NCBI RefSeq assembly: GCF_009834535.1 | Contig: NC_045696.1 | Coordinates: 74,092,001 to 74,156,000 of the forward strand | Length of the DNA: 64,000 bases | Direction: 5' to 3' | Origin: Camelus ferus | Lineage: Eukaryota | Part shown: positions 39,790 to 52,685 of the stretch, one piece after another | Layout of the letters: every line of letters starts with the position of its first letter | Position numbering within the stretch: position 1 is the first letter of the stretch | Position numbers and translations under genes: made by a program | Notes under the pieces: generated by a model | The model's input: only the letters and a program-made list of their open reading frames with translations | Database searches by the model: none | What the model was told of the DNA's origin: nothing

Positions 39790-40918
39790 TAGGGCCATTT
39801 AAAGACCTTCAAAGGCCACAGGCCCACTTATTTTAGAAGTCCAAACCTGTATTGTATCAAAATATCAGCATATCTCACATACCATGTTAAATATGTTTTT
39901 TACCAGTTAGATTGGGAAAACATTACAAATCCTCATTTTGGAGTTATCTGACTACTATCAAGTGGCAAAACTGATCAAAAAGAGGATTTGTTATGTTGAA
40001 GAAGAAGAGGGTATAAACGCTTGATAGGTAAAATAGAATGCATTATTAGTACATTCAAGAAAAAGTGTGTAGGTTGGAAATATCTTTTAATAATGCACAA
40101 AATAAGGAGAAGGAAACTGAAAACTGTAGTGTTCTTGCCATCACAAGAAGAGTGAATCAAGAACACAATTAAATTTTGACCAAACAGAGGAGAGGATCTA
40201 ACTAAGAATAAGCTACACAGTCACCCCTTCTGGCTACTTTGGTAACTAAACCCTACATTATAATAATGTTTTTATACTGTGAAATGCTTCCATGAAAATA
40301 ACAAAAGTAATAATTAGAGGTGGAACCACATATTACCCCCTCCCCCAATCTGGAGGGAAGTTTTTGCGATTTTGGAAAGAGTTTATTCAACAAAGGATAA
40401 GCATAAGAATAATTTGGGATATTGGGTTAAATTGGGGCCTGCAAGCTTAGAAACACCTTGCTTACCAAGGATGTTGTATTCTCTACCAACTTAGTTGTGC
40501 ATAAATGAAATGTTCATCCATGTTACCTCATCTGTCTTAACTGATACCATCATTATGTAGGAGAAAGCCCTGTAGAAGATGGTAGAAGACAGAGTTTTAA
40601 GTAATTCATTTAGGTAAAATCAGTTCTGATTTCTTTACAATACTTATATAAACTAGGGAATTCCTAATTAAGTCAGAAAGTCTAACCTAAAAATTGCTTT
40701 CAAATATAAAGACAATGTTTGTGAATTCTAAGAATGAAGTTGACATGTTATAATTTATTTAAATGTTTAATTATTTATAGATTTAGACTTCACTTCTTTT
40801 CATATTTTGAAACCAAGGCATATATATTTTTCATGTTTCCAGTGTTCGTGTAAGCCCTTAAAAAGCTCAGAGTCTCTGGGCTCTGTGCCTATATTGTATA
40901 ACAGAACAAATGGTCATG
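39790..40918. mobile_element. Probable hAT-Tip100 fossil (ORSL/ORSL-2-like termini); the middle may be unrelated
   Basis: Ends 'tagggccatttaaagaccttcaaaggccacagg' and 'tctgggctctgtgcctatattgtataacagaacaaatggtcatg' resemble CAGGGCC...GGCCCTG Tip100 termini. Confidence 0.45.
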
Positions 40919-41199
40919 CTTGGTACTTGCCAATTGGATTTGCATTGAAACGTTGCATGTGGTGAGATGCACATTTCTCCTCCTGTGTCAATTCATGGAT
41001 GGAAACCAAGGGTGTTCTTTCAGAGGGTTTTCTTTTGACAGATAAGTTTAAATTCTATAAATAATAAATATAAATACATATATATGTATAATAAAAATTA
41101 AAAGATAGATAGATAGGTAAGTTCTACCTGATGCCAGACTCTGCTGGTTATTGCTCTTTTCAATAGCCCTTACCTCCAAAGCTTTATAGTAATCAGCTA

Positions 41200-41930
41200 G
41201 TTATTGATTTTGCCTGAATCAATTTTTTACATATATTATGAATATAAAAATTATAATTTTCTAAATTCATTATTCCCTCTGGTTATTATAAGTAGCAACT
41301 TTTTCTTCTGTCTATCTATCTACTGTCTGTCATCATTATCATCATCAATATGGAGTCATGGATTCTTATTTTATTCAGTGAGTTACTGTCTCTAGTTTGA
41401 TGCTAAATTGCTGTAGATGTGGCCAGTGGGCCTCTTTTAAAGGGGTTCTGGTCCCTTTATCACATCTCTATATTTTTTAGCACCTTTCTTATTTTCAAAG
41501 GAGCTCTGGATCCTTATAAGTGTGGAAAGTTATTTAGAAATGGAGATCTGTGTGCTAGTTCTACTCCTTGCTAATGGGTCTTACTGCTTCTTTTCAGAAA
41601 AGAAAGCTACAAAATACATACTCTCCACCACACGCATACACATATTTAATACTGAGATCTCCCATTCCAATGCAAACTCCATAGGGTTCTTTCTTTACTA
41701 CCCTTATTCCATTTATATCTCCCTTTTGCAGTGAGAACCCTGGTTCTTAACATCAATATGTTTACTTAATTTTTCTCTTCTACAGTACAATCAAAAAGTT
41801 TCAGAATTGCTATACTGCTATAAAAAATAAGTCTACTAAAAAGAGTTCAATGTTTGTTTTAATTTTTTATTTTCTTTTGATTCAGGATATATAGTTAAAC
41901 TTTATAAAGTTTCAAAAGTTCCTTAGATCT
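41200..41930 (-). mobile_element. L1MC4/5-like 3' UTR fragment
   Basis: 'tatggagtcatggattcttattttattcagtgagtta', 'gtagatgtggccagtggg', 'tatttagaaatggagatctgtgtgcta'. Confidence 0.7.
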
Positions 41931-41959
41931 TTTTAATCCTCCTTCAGCCTCCCTAACAC

Positions 41960-42245
41960 ATTTTGAAGCCTGGCTAATTCCCATTCTTTTTAGCTTCAGT
42001 ATCACTTTCTAATAGATGCCTTCCCAGACTCTGTATTAGGTTAGGTCTGTTTGTTAACTGGTCTCATAGCATCTTTTGCTTTCCCTGTATAGCACTTTTC
42101 TTTTTAGTCTTTGTGGTTGGTTTACTGTCTCCCCTACTATGCTGTAAGTTTCAAAAGGACAGAGATAATGTCTTTCTTACCACCTCTTATTCCCCTCTGA
42201 ACACATAGTAGATATTAAATAAGTGTTCGTTGGCTAAATGAATTA
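41960..42245 (+). mobile_element. L2 3' end
   Basis: 'tactgtctcccctactatgctgtaagtttcaaaaggacagagataatgtc...acacatagtagatattaaataag'. Confidence 0.75.
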
Positions 42246-43049
42246 CGTCTAATAGTTGCTACAGGAGCTTAGAAAAAGGAGAAATTATGAAAGGTTGTTA
42301 CATTCCTTCTTTCTCTCACTAGTCCATCCCTTCCTCCTCGAGAGGCAAGTTGTTTTCAGCTTACTTGGCAAACATTTGTTAAGGAACATTATTAAATCAC
42401 TAATGCATATTTCCTGGGCACTGAAAAAATATATATATATATCACTCAGGAGATTAAGATATAGTGCCAAAATATATCTAGTGTCTAGTGACTAAAGAAA
42501 TGAATTGGGGTTTCTCAAAGACCTCAGAATTGGGTAGATGAGTTTCTACATTTATCTGAATTAAAAGGTAGATATTCTTTTTTGACTAATGATCAGTACA
42601 TTTCCATGTTCATTTTTGAAGATATTTCTGCCAAGTATACCAAATATGCTTTCTCTTCAGTGGTTAAATGTAAAAACAGAACTTCTCACTTGAGCCTCTG
42701 AATTAAGTTCCATGAATGAGTGTGAAAATCCATTACTGAAAGGATTGCAGTGCAAATAATTGTAAATAACTTTTCTGAGGTGGGTCTGGAGCTATGTGAC
42801 TTCTTCTAATTTGGACTCTCCAAATGAAAACCATGTGGCTCATGACTAAATTGAATTTTTTCATTATGTTGGAAAACAATAAATAGGAAACAAAGCAATT
42901 TAAAAAATAGTGAGACCCTCTTCACAAAGAATTTAAATGAACTAGGAAAGAAATTAATATGACATTATTTCTGTCACATGCTTTTCCTTCCTTTGTTTCT
43001 GCTAGATCACAGGAATCCTGTGCCGTCTTTATTCATACCCTAAATCAGA

Positions 43050-43940
43050 TCATTTTTAAGTCTCATTTTCTTCATCACTAAAATAATAGTCCATTTGCAG
43101 AATTTTTTTTAGGATTTAAAAGTTACATACAGTAGGAGAAAAAGGAACCCTCCTACACAGTTGGTGGGATGTAAATTGGTGCAGCTATTATGGAGGACAA
43201 TATGGAGGTTCCTTAAAAAACTAAAAATAGACTTATCAATGATCCAGCAATCCCACTTCTGGGCATATATCCAGAGAAAACTATGATATGAAAAGATGCA
43301 TGCACCCCAATATTCATAGCAGCACTATTTACAATAGCCAAGGCATGGAAACAATCTAAATGTCCATCGACAGATAACTGGATAAAGAAGATGTGGGTAT
43401 ATATACAATGGACTGTTACTCAGTCATAAAAAGAATGAAATAATGCCATTTGCAGCAACATGGATAAACCTAAAGATTATCATATTAAGTAAAGTAAGTT
43501 AGACAGAGAAAAATAAATATCATATGATATCACTTACATGTGGAATCTAAAAAAAATGATACAAATTCTATTTACAAACCAAAAACAGACTCATGGACAT
43601 AGAAAACAATGTGGTTACCAAAGGGGAAAGGGTGGGGGAGGGATAAATTAGTTCAGAATTAACAGATACACATTACATAATAAACAACAAGGACCTACTT
43701 TATAGCACAGGGAACTATATTCAATTTCTTATAAAGTCATATAATGGAAAATAATCTAAAAAGAAAATATGTATATGTGTAGATGTATAATTGAATTGCT
43801 TTGCTATACACCTGAAACTAACCTGTAAATCAGCTACACTTCAATAAAAAATAAAATAAAAATAAAAATGCAAAAATTACACACAGTAATGTTCCTTACA
43901 CTATGCCTGGTACATAGAAAGTATAAATAATTTGTAGTCA
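43050..43940 (+). mobile_element. MIR split by an L1 insertion
   Basis: MIR core before 43134 and MIR tail 'cactatgcctggtacatagaaagtataaata' after 43888. Confidence 0.65.
43135..43871 (+). mobile_element. 5'-truncated cetartiodactyl-type L1 with TSD
   Basis: ORF2 end, 3' UTR and A-rich tail; 17-bp TSD aaaagttacatacagta (43118-43134) / aaaaattacacacagta (43872-43888). Confidence 0.92.
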
Positions 43941-45929
43941 TTATGTGGGTTCTTTGTCTTATCTCTATCCATGAGCAGTTATTATATATCTATTATGTGT
44001 TCTGTGGACTAGGTGGGATATAAATTAATTGTAGGATACAGTACCTATCACATATAAGGGCATAACAGGAGCTGATAGAGGAGGGCTGAACCTGCAATTA
44101 CTGTTACTATCTAGGTGGGAAGAAGGCCAGCCATGGTTGTTGAAGAGATATCAGAACATAGTATCTAAGGTTGGCAGAGCCCTCTGGAAGATTCAGCATA
44201 CAAGGGACCCAGTGTGGGTACAACATGAGACTCAAAATATGGAAAGAGCCCACTAACTCCAAGGAGGGGGTGCTATTCTTAAGAGTCAGGGATATAAGTC
44301 AAACCAGTCATATCTTTCCACAGACACAAAGTTGATAGTCATTGTGCTAGGTTGTTAAAACAACAACAACAACAACCCTCAAATCTCTGGTAGAGACTAG
44401 CATGAAAAATGCAGGACTTTAGTCCTGCAAAGTCTGAGGTCCTCAAGTTTATCAAGAGAGGGTTTCAGGAGAGAGAAATCAGAGAAGAGCTAGTTAGCAG
44501 AGCTAGGATGTAGAGAAGGGATGGGATCCCAAGAATTAAGTAGAGTACTTTTTTCAAGGCTGGGCTCAAGGCTAGAGTCAGAGAAGCAGAAGTGTGATTA
44601 GATGGTGAGATAATACAAAGAACTGGATTATCAAATTGGACACACAAATCAGAGATTCTGGCCAGGAACAAGTTTTACTAATGATTTCAGACACAAGTAA
44701 TCATGAGACACAGGTGAAACAGAGGGAGACATCTGAAATAGTGCACCTTACTGGGTCCTTTTTTTGGCTGCATCAGGATGTTTCCTGGTCCCAGATCTCC
44801 AATGAGGTGTGCAGTTAAGTCACTTATGGAGAAAGAGCTATTTGGGCCATGACATTTTGTACTCCATTTTATACTCAGAGAGTTGCATAGTTTCTGTGAC
44901 ATTTTCTAGGAAGCCATGTCTATAAATCCATAGATTCCAGGTATGTTATCATAAATAATCATATAACAGGTATATCCTGCTACAGATGAGGACTGTCCTG
45001 TTAGTAAATGCCATTACTTTGCTAGAAGTCATTAGCCTTAGCATATTTACAAGGATATTTGACCAGGTCATCTTTTTTTTCCCCCTGGAAGCATCCCCTG
45101 CCAATGGGACAGGAATGGGAGGCAGGAATTGCAAATCTTCTATTTGACTATTTACTTCCCAGATGATAAAACCCAGAAAGTTGGAATCAAGCCAAATTCC
45201 CCCCTTCCTGAAATCTGGATTACTTTTGGAGTTTGACTTAAGGATAGAATTAGCAAGTGGGAGGAATACAGAACAGGAGAAAAACTTAAGGACCATTTGT
45301 GCTTGTCTCCATACTCAAGGGATAAATATACTCCGTATCATTAAGGATTAAAAAGGACAAATGGACATATAATAGATTAAAGTGCCGTGAGCATATGGAT
45401 AAAGGGAGAGCAGGTGAGTTGAGGTAACTAGGGCAGGCTTTGTGATCTTCTTTGTTTTCCTTCTCTTTGAATTTAACTCTTTCTCAGCAGGCTGACTGTG
45501 CTGTAGTGAGGGTGATTTCTCCAGTCCACTAATGGGTGAAGTTCTGTTCATAAAGTCAAGGCGCACTCAATGCAAAGTTTAAAATAGAAGTATTAAAGGT
45601 AAAAGAGGAATTGACTATGAGAGAGGATATTGATAGGTAGGTGGTTTCTGTCTTGAATGGGCTTAATTTATCATTGACATCTGGTCCATTGTCAAGCCTG
45701 AAGACCTCTCCTGGTAACATCTCAAACCAGTTGGAAATATTTTGTAGGGTGATCATGGTTCCTTAATCATGGTTTCTTGTGCAATATTTAACACTCAAAC
45801 TAATATGAACAGATTAATTTCCTTGTCAAGGCAGGGGAAATGTGCGTGTGAGGACCCTACAGGTTCTGAGTCTTCTGGTTAATGATGTGAGCAATGACTC
45901 ATTCATTACCTTGCAATGTTTCGACTGTT

Positions 45930-46060
45930 GTCTTGAAGTATTATTTAAATATGTTTTATTGTTTTCTACATTTCCATGCTTGCATTTTTCTTGCCGACTA
46001 AAATTTCAGTTTCTAGAGAGCACAACCAGTATAGGTGCTCAATAAATGTTTCTTGACTTA
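45930..46060 (+). mobile_element. L2 3' terminus
   Basis: 'ataggtgctcaataaatgtttcttga'. Confidence 0.5.
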
Positions 46061-46487
46061 ATTGGCAGATTTATGGTATCTTGGGGAAATATTTTAAAAA
46101 TTAGTCTCTCTGGTATTCTATCTCTGCTAAGGCACCTTTAAGAATCTATAATGACAGGCCAAGTACAATTTATAACAGATAATTTAAATTTTCTTTTGGT
46201 GGGCATTCATTATTTCCAGCTTCATTTTAAGAGCCTATACAATAGTTCAAAAATAACACTAGGCTTAAAGAGAAAGAAAGATAAAGAAAGAACATTAAAT
46301 ATAATCAAAAGGGAATTAAACTGCAATCAAATAAAAATTTCTTTAGTATAGTTTGAAATGGATTTTAAGAGAAAGGGTTGAAAATATTCTAATCTTTCAA
46401 TAGAATTTAATTTTTTATTCCTACTCTATTGTTGTAAATAATTCGAAGAAGATCTTAGGTTCTTCACTAATGTTACAGGTACTATCT

Positions 46488-46800
46488 GTATCGGTCAGGT
46501 TTCAATCAGAAAAACGGATGTTACTTTTAAGTATTCCAGCTGGGGTCTTGAAGTGAATGATTCTCTGGAGTTTGTCCGAGGCCTCTGCTAGCCTCCTGCA
46601 TCTGCTCACATGCCAGCAGAGACTACTGGCTTCTTCTCTTCCAGATTCTAAATCTACTCTAAGTGCTTCTCATCGTCAGAATCTGACTTCTATTGCTGGG
46701 GATTCTGGGAAATGTAGTTTGGATGTCTTACCTGTGATACAGAAGAGATGTAGAAATGGGTAGGCAATGATGTCCAGGAAACCACAGATCATCTGCCACA
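46488..46800 (-). mobile_element. Old LTR fragment (ERVL/LTR79-like; family uncertain)
   Basis: tgtatcggtcaggtttcaatcag...ggggattctgggaaatgtagttt...atctgccaca, with TG...CA ends. Confidence 0.5.
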
Positions 46801-47374
46801 CTATCTGTTCAGCATTCAAATGTTTTAAAAGCAGTTGTAAAGTACAATTGGTATAGTAATACTTACATATTTGCTTCAAAGGTACAGTGAACTCCCCTTT
46901 CAGATAGAAACCAGACATTTTCAGATATAGTTAAGGAAATTCAGAACTGACTCTAAGTGTCACAGTGGACAGTAGCACTGCCGGGAGAAACCCGTGTTAT
47001 CATCAGAGCCAGTGCTGACACTGTGAAGCACCCCAGCAGAACATTCTTTGCTTTTGTTTTGTGCTGAAGGAGTTCCATAAACTATGGTGAACTAAGTTTT
47101 CTCATTTTTTGATATCACAAACATGACACATCACAAGCAGGGAAGAATGAAGGGAACTAACTTAGTTATCTTAATGATGGATATAAAAAGAATGAGGTAT
47201 ACAAAAGGCAATTAACAATGAACAATTGTATTTATAGTGAAGAGGAACCTTAGAGAGAGCTAGTCTGGACTGTGCATGTTATACATCAGTGAGCTGAAAG
47301 CTGAAGAGCTGGCACATAGTGCCTTTGGTTTACTGCTAATTGCAGGGTTGTTACTATGACCTGGGTACAATAGC

Positions 47375-47640
47375 GGGGCCACGCTAGGCTTGACCACAGT
47401 AAAAAAGACCTGAAATTGCAGTGGCTTTACCACAAATATTTGTTTCTTCTCTTACAAAGTCTAGTAGAGGTCAAGCAGTCCCACCCTATGGAACACGTAG
47501 CCTCCACTTGCTTTTAGCCTTCTGGGACTAAAAGTGACACATTAGATTCCACATGAGAGAATTAACGAAATGATCTCAACCTAAATGTCAGGACAGCTGG
47601 GAAATATGGTTTTCCTATAGGTGTCTTCTATCATAACAGG
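47375..47640 (-). mobile_element. Old MaLR LTR fragment (MLT1-like)
   Basis: 'aaattgcagtggctttaccacaaatatttgtttcttctct...gacagctgggaaatatggtttt'. Confidence 0.5.
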
Positions 47641-48318
47641 AGTCTTGATACCGGGTTACATACTTTTATCATGACATTAGTCTGCCTCTCACTCCAGACA
47701 GGCTCCAGCTTTGAAGCTGGTTTAATATTTTTCAATACAGTATTTTTAGCTAAAGCATATTTGTTTCCATAAAGCTAATCATTTTTTATCTTTCTTTAAA
47801 AATATTAACTGTGGCTACTTATAATGGGTGTGACTTCTTTTTTTAATTCCCGCTTGATATAAATACCAAAATATACATGCAATATTCAGCATAGGCTCTT
47901 ATTCTAAATAGATGGGGGAACTCATCAGGCCTCATAGAAACACCTCAGGTTTCAAATTTATTTCTTCTAGTTTTACAATGCAAATAAGCACTGTACACAT
48001 TTCATATCACCACTTTCTGTTAAAAAAAAGTCACTCTATAGTTCTAACTCCATGATTTTAGATGAAATATCTATAGAAATATGTCATTGTGATAAAGAGG
48101 AGAATTTGGCTAAGAATCAACATTCAGAGAAAAGCCATAACAAAAGCTGAACAATATATCTGCTATATGAAGTGTAATGAATAGAAGATATATAATGATG
48201 CAAAAATGCAAATATTTATTGAGTAATAACTAAATACAAGGGAGACAGTATGGATCCTACACTGACACCCAAGAATCATTAAGTATGGTTGGACAGCTGA
48301 ATATTACCAAACAAGGTA

Positions 48319-48935
48319 TGTAGTCAGTGGGCTTGGCATGCTCAAGTCCTGCATATTCCAGAGAAAGGACTGGCCCTTGACTAGCTCCTTGGAGACACCC
48401 TCTGAGCCCTTGGAATGTTTTGCCTGAAAAGAGTATCTTTGTATACCTGAACCCTTGGACTGTACAAGACAGTTAATGCCAACAATGAAATTTATAGTAA
48501 ATACCTGTTTTTATTCTCTTGCGACCCAGAGCCATGCTATGTCAGTTTGACCTCTGGGGGGTGCGGGAGAGGTTGGAGACTGAATAGTTAGCTAAGTCAC
48601 ATAAGCATGGAATGCCTGTGTGACCAACTCCCAATAAAAACCTTGGACACCAAGGTTGTAGTGGCCTTCTCTGGTTGACAATATATCATATACCTTGTTG
48701 CGCATTGTTCCTGGGAGAATTAAGTGCTGTCTCTACAACTTTAATGGGAGAGGATAACTTGCACCTGGTTCTCCTGAACTCCATCCTACGCAGCTTTTGC
48801 TTTTGCTGATCCTTTAATCTGTATCCTTTCTCTGTAACAAATTGCAACCATGAATATAATAGCTTTTCTGAATTCTATGAGTTCTTCTAGTAAATCATTG
48901 AACCTAGTGGTAGTCTTGGTGTCCCCTGAAACACA
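48319..48935 (+). mobile_element. ERVL solo LTR (MER77/MER21-group)
   Basis: TG...CA ends, 'aaaggactggcccttgactagctcc', 'cccaataaaaaccttggacaccaagg', and a 5-bp TSD aggta (48314-48318) / aggtg (48936-48940). Confidence 0.85.
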
Positions 48936-50229
48936 AGGTGAATAAAAGTTCATAAACAAAAAAATTCCCAATAGAATTAGGAGACGCAAAGTATCATAAT
49001 AATGTATCAAACATTTGTTAAGTGTGTTACAGTTTACAAAAGTTTCTCATAATTTACTGTTTGTTATAGGGATTCAGAAGGAGTGAGAATGACTTCAAAG
49101 TATAGAGATAGAGCAAGGTTTTATGGAAGAAGCTGCATCTCAAAGGGCCCAGAGAAGAAAGGAAGACAGAACAAGGTAAGGAAAATGAAGTCCAGGGTCA
49201 GAGGGCAGTAAGCGGGAACACATGGGCTCATGTGTGAATTTAAGGTAAGTAAAGAGTCAAGACTGTAAATGCAGGCTCAGGCCAAATTGTAGGGTTTCAA
49301 TGATGCTGCTGTTTACCATAAAACTAAAAGCTAAACTTTTAGTAACTTAAGCTAATCCAGAAAGTTTCTGTGTGGAGAAATTTCCCTGTAGGGGATCTCC
49401 ATATGCTGCAGAATTCTAAGGATAAAGTGGATCTTACTGCCAGAAAAAAAGTCACTATAATAATAACCTAATGGGGTTCCACATGTATCCTCTTACAGTG
49501 ATGTCCACATCAAATTTGCACAATTTATAACTACAAAATTGAGTTGTCTTCAGCCAGAAATTGTGAGCTCCACCTGTCATCTGAGAATCCAGCTATGTTC
49601 TTTTTAGATTGTTGTAATATCACAGTAATAAAGATTCTGCAATTAGAATTTAGCTCACAATTTTAGAAATGATTCATGATCCAAAACTGTCTCCAGCTCA
49701 GCTTCCCTGTGGCTTCACCAGCCTTAAAGCCCCCCAAACTGCTGTTGTCAGGAAGACACACTGGCATTACTTTTGTTGTTACTCACTGAGTGCCCTAAAT
49801 ACATACCATTTTCTTTGGAAGTAAGTTGTAGGGGATGGGACTGGAGTGGGTAGGATTTATAAGGAAAGGATGTTAGGTTTGTGCAAGGGTTTGAATTACA
49901 GAAAGGCATAAAACCTAATGTAGGTCTTAAAAGGTTGTAACTGTGGGCAGGGCACCCCACATCTTTATTTCTATAACAAAATATTATGCCAACCTGCCCA
50001 CTTCCTTTTCCCATGGCTATATAATGATGAGAATGATGTGTGTTTTTGTTTCAATTGTGTTTATTCCATCAAGAATGGAAAATGGAAGCACTCCTTATTT
50101 GATGGTCCTTAGTTTAGTTCAACACAGTTCTGACCCTCCAGTCCTATTACTGTGCAGACATACTCTGTTTCATATTTTAAAAAATTATCATCTGTATTTA
50201 AATTACATGAACATTTTCTCCAGTTTCTC

Positions 50230-50600
50230 CTTAGTGTCTATTAGACATGAGCTTGCAATATGACTGAAATTGAACCACTTATTTCCCTTTCTCCAAAACT
50301 GAATGCTTTCCATGTATTTCTGCCTCAGTGTCACTAGCATCCACCCAGACTCCACAGTTAGAACCTAAAATCATTCTGACTTCCCAATCCTTCACACTTC
50401 TAATCAATCATTGACTGCTAGCTAACTTACTGCCTGAAAACTTCACCATCCTGCCCACTTTTTTCCCTTCCTGTGACTATTTCTTAGTTTAGACCACCAT
50501 TATTTTCCACATGAATTGTGGAAATAACTTCTTGCCTAGTTCCTCTGTTTCTCATCTTCTACCTCCTAATTCACTTTCTTTTTGAAAATGTAGCATGAAA
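50230..50600 (+). mobile_element. L2 fragment
   Basis: 'catccacccagactccacagttagaacctaaaatcattctgacttc...ttagtttagaccaccattatttt'. Confidence 0.65.
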
Positions 50601-51482
50601 TATTATACTAAATTTTTAGAGTACAGAGCAAGAGATACATGACGGTCAGGGAAGTTCTTTCCTGCCCCTTTCCCTCTCCTCCCTCCCCTGTGCAGTCCTG
50701 GAGCGAGCTGGGGAGTTGGGAGGAGATAGAGTGAGGAAAGAAAATAAGCCAACTATATCCTCTTCTCCTGTCAAAGAGGCCTACTAAGGTGAGAGGAAAA
50801 CTTTTAATTGGAACGTTTTGGAATAGAGAAGAGAACTCTGATACAGACATGTTAATTTTGAGATATCTATTGTGCATTTGAGTGGAGATGTGGAATTGGC
50901 AGTTGGATTGATGAATCTAAAATTTAAGGCTGAAAGGTGCCCATCTCATCACTGCTCTTCAACATAGTACTGAAAGTCCTAGTTGGAACATTTAGACAAG
51001 AAAAATAAATAGAAGGTATCCAGATTGGAAACAAAGAAGTTAAATTGTCTCTGCGGATAACATGATCTTATATATAGAAAACACTAAAGACTGTAGCAAA
51101 AACTGCTGGAACTAACAAACAATTTTAGTAAAGCTACAGAATACAAAATCGACATGCAAAAATCAGTTGTTTTTCTATATACTGACAACAAACTATCTGA
51201 AAAAGAAATTTTTAAAAATCCCATTTATAATAGCATCAAAAACAGTAAAATACTTAGGACTAAATTTAACCAAGGAGGTGAAAGATCTCTACATTGAAAA
51301 CTATAAGAATTGATGAAAGAAATGGAAGAAGAAAAAAATATGGAAAGCTATGCCATGTTCATGAATCAGAAGAATTAATATTATTAAAATGGCCATACTA
51401 CCCAAAGCAATCTTGAGAGAGAAAAACAGAGGTTGGTGGTATAACACTTCCTAATTTCAAACTATATTACAAAACCATAATA

Positions 51483-51894
51483 CAGTCTCCAGCTTATGAT
51501 GATCAGCTTATAATTTTTCAGCTTTGCAGTATTTCTTGTGATGCTGGGAAGATCCCAATTAGCCACTCGATCAGCAGGGTAAACAACCAATATACTTTCA
51601 GCCATTCTGCACCCACACAACCATTCTGCTTCTCACTTTCAGTACAGTATTCAATAAACTTCATGAGATATTCAACACTTTATTATAAAATAGGCTTTGT
51701 AATAATTGATTTTGTTCATGTAAGCTAACACAAGTGTTCTGGGCATGTTTAAGGTAGGTTAGGTTAAGTCATGATGTTTGGTAGGTTAAGCATATTAAGT
51801 TATTTTCAATTTACAATATTTTCAACTTACAATGAAAATATTATTGGGAGAAGTTTATTAGGAGGTAACCCCATTGTAAGTTGAGGAAAATCTG
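51483..51894 (-). mobile_element. Tigger5/MER47-like TcMar non-autonomous element inside L1
   Basis: TA TSDs at 51481-51482 and 51895-51896; termini cagtctccagcttatgatg / cattgtaagttgaggaaaatctg; the L1 'aaaaccataata|atcaaaacagtat' rejoins on removal. Confidence 0.88.
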
Positions 51895-52626
51895 TAATCA
51901 AAACAGTATAGTACTGGCATAAAAACAGACAGACCAATAGAACACAAAAAGAGCCCAGAAATAAACCTGAACTTGTATGGTTAGCTAATTTTTGACAAAG
52001 ATGTCTGGGACACACAATGGGGAAAGGAGAGTCTTCAATAAATGGTGTTGGGAAAGCTGGATATCCACATGCAAAAGAATGAAATTGAACTGTTATCTTA
52101 CACTATGGACAAAAATTAACTCAAAAAGCATAAAAGACTTAAACATATGGCCTGAAACCATAAACCTAGAAGAAAACATAGGAGAAAAGCTCCTTGACAT
52201 TGGTCTTGGCAATGATTTTTTAGATGTGATGCCAAAAGCAAATGTAACAATAGCAAAAATAAAGTGGGACTACATCAAACTAAAAAGCCATAAAAAAGAA
52301 GGAAATCCTATTTGTAAAAACATGGATGCAACTTGAAGGCATTATACCAAGTGAAATAAGCCAGGCAGAGAAAGACAAATTCTATATAATCTCATTTATA
52401 TGTGGAATCTAAAAATATCAAACTCATAGAAACAGAGAATAGAATGGTGGTTGACAGGGGCTGAGGTTGGAGGAATTGGGGAGATGTTGGTCGAAGGATG
52501 CAGACTTTCAGTTATAAGTTGGTCAAGTTCTGGGGATCGAATATACAACATGGTGACTATAGGTAATAATACTATATTGCATACTTGAAATTTACTAAGA
52601 GAGTAAATCTTAAACGATCTCATTGC

Positions 52627-52685
52627 ACACACACACACCACACTCACACATACACACCACACTCACACATACACACACACATACA
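52627..52685 (+). repeat. Imperfect (CA)n tract in the L1 3' UTR
   Basis: Read directly; contains a duplicated 'caccacactcacacataca' unit. Confidence 0.9.

Noticed and set aside
45348..46351. Cluster of short ORFs suggesting a processed pseudogene
   Set aside because: No recognisable protein, strands disagree, part is an L2 tail, and there is no poly-A/TSD.
46961..47025. CACAGTG / CACTGTG as V(D)J RSS heptamers
   Set aside because: No ACAAAAACC-like nonamer at 12- or 23-bp spacing, and no V/D/J segment nearby.
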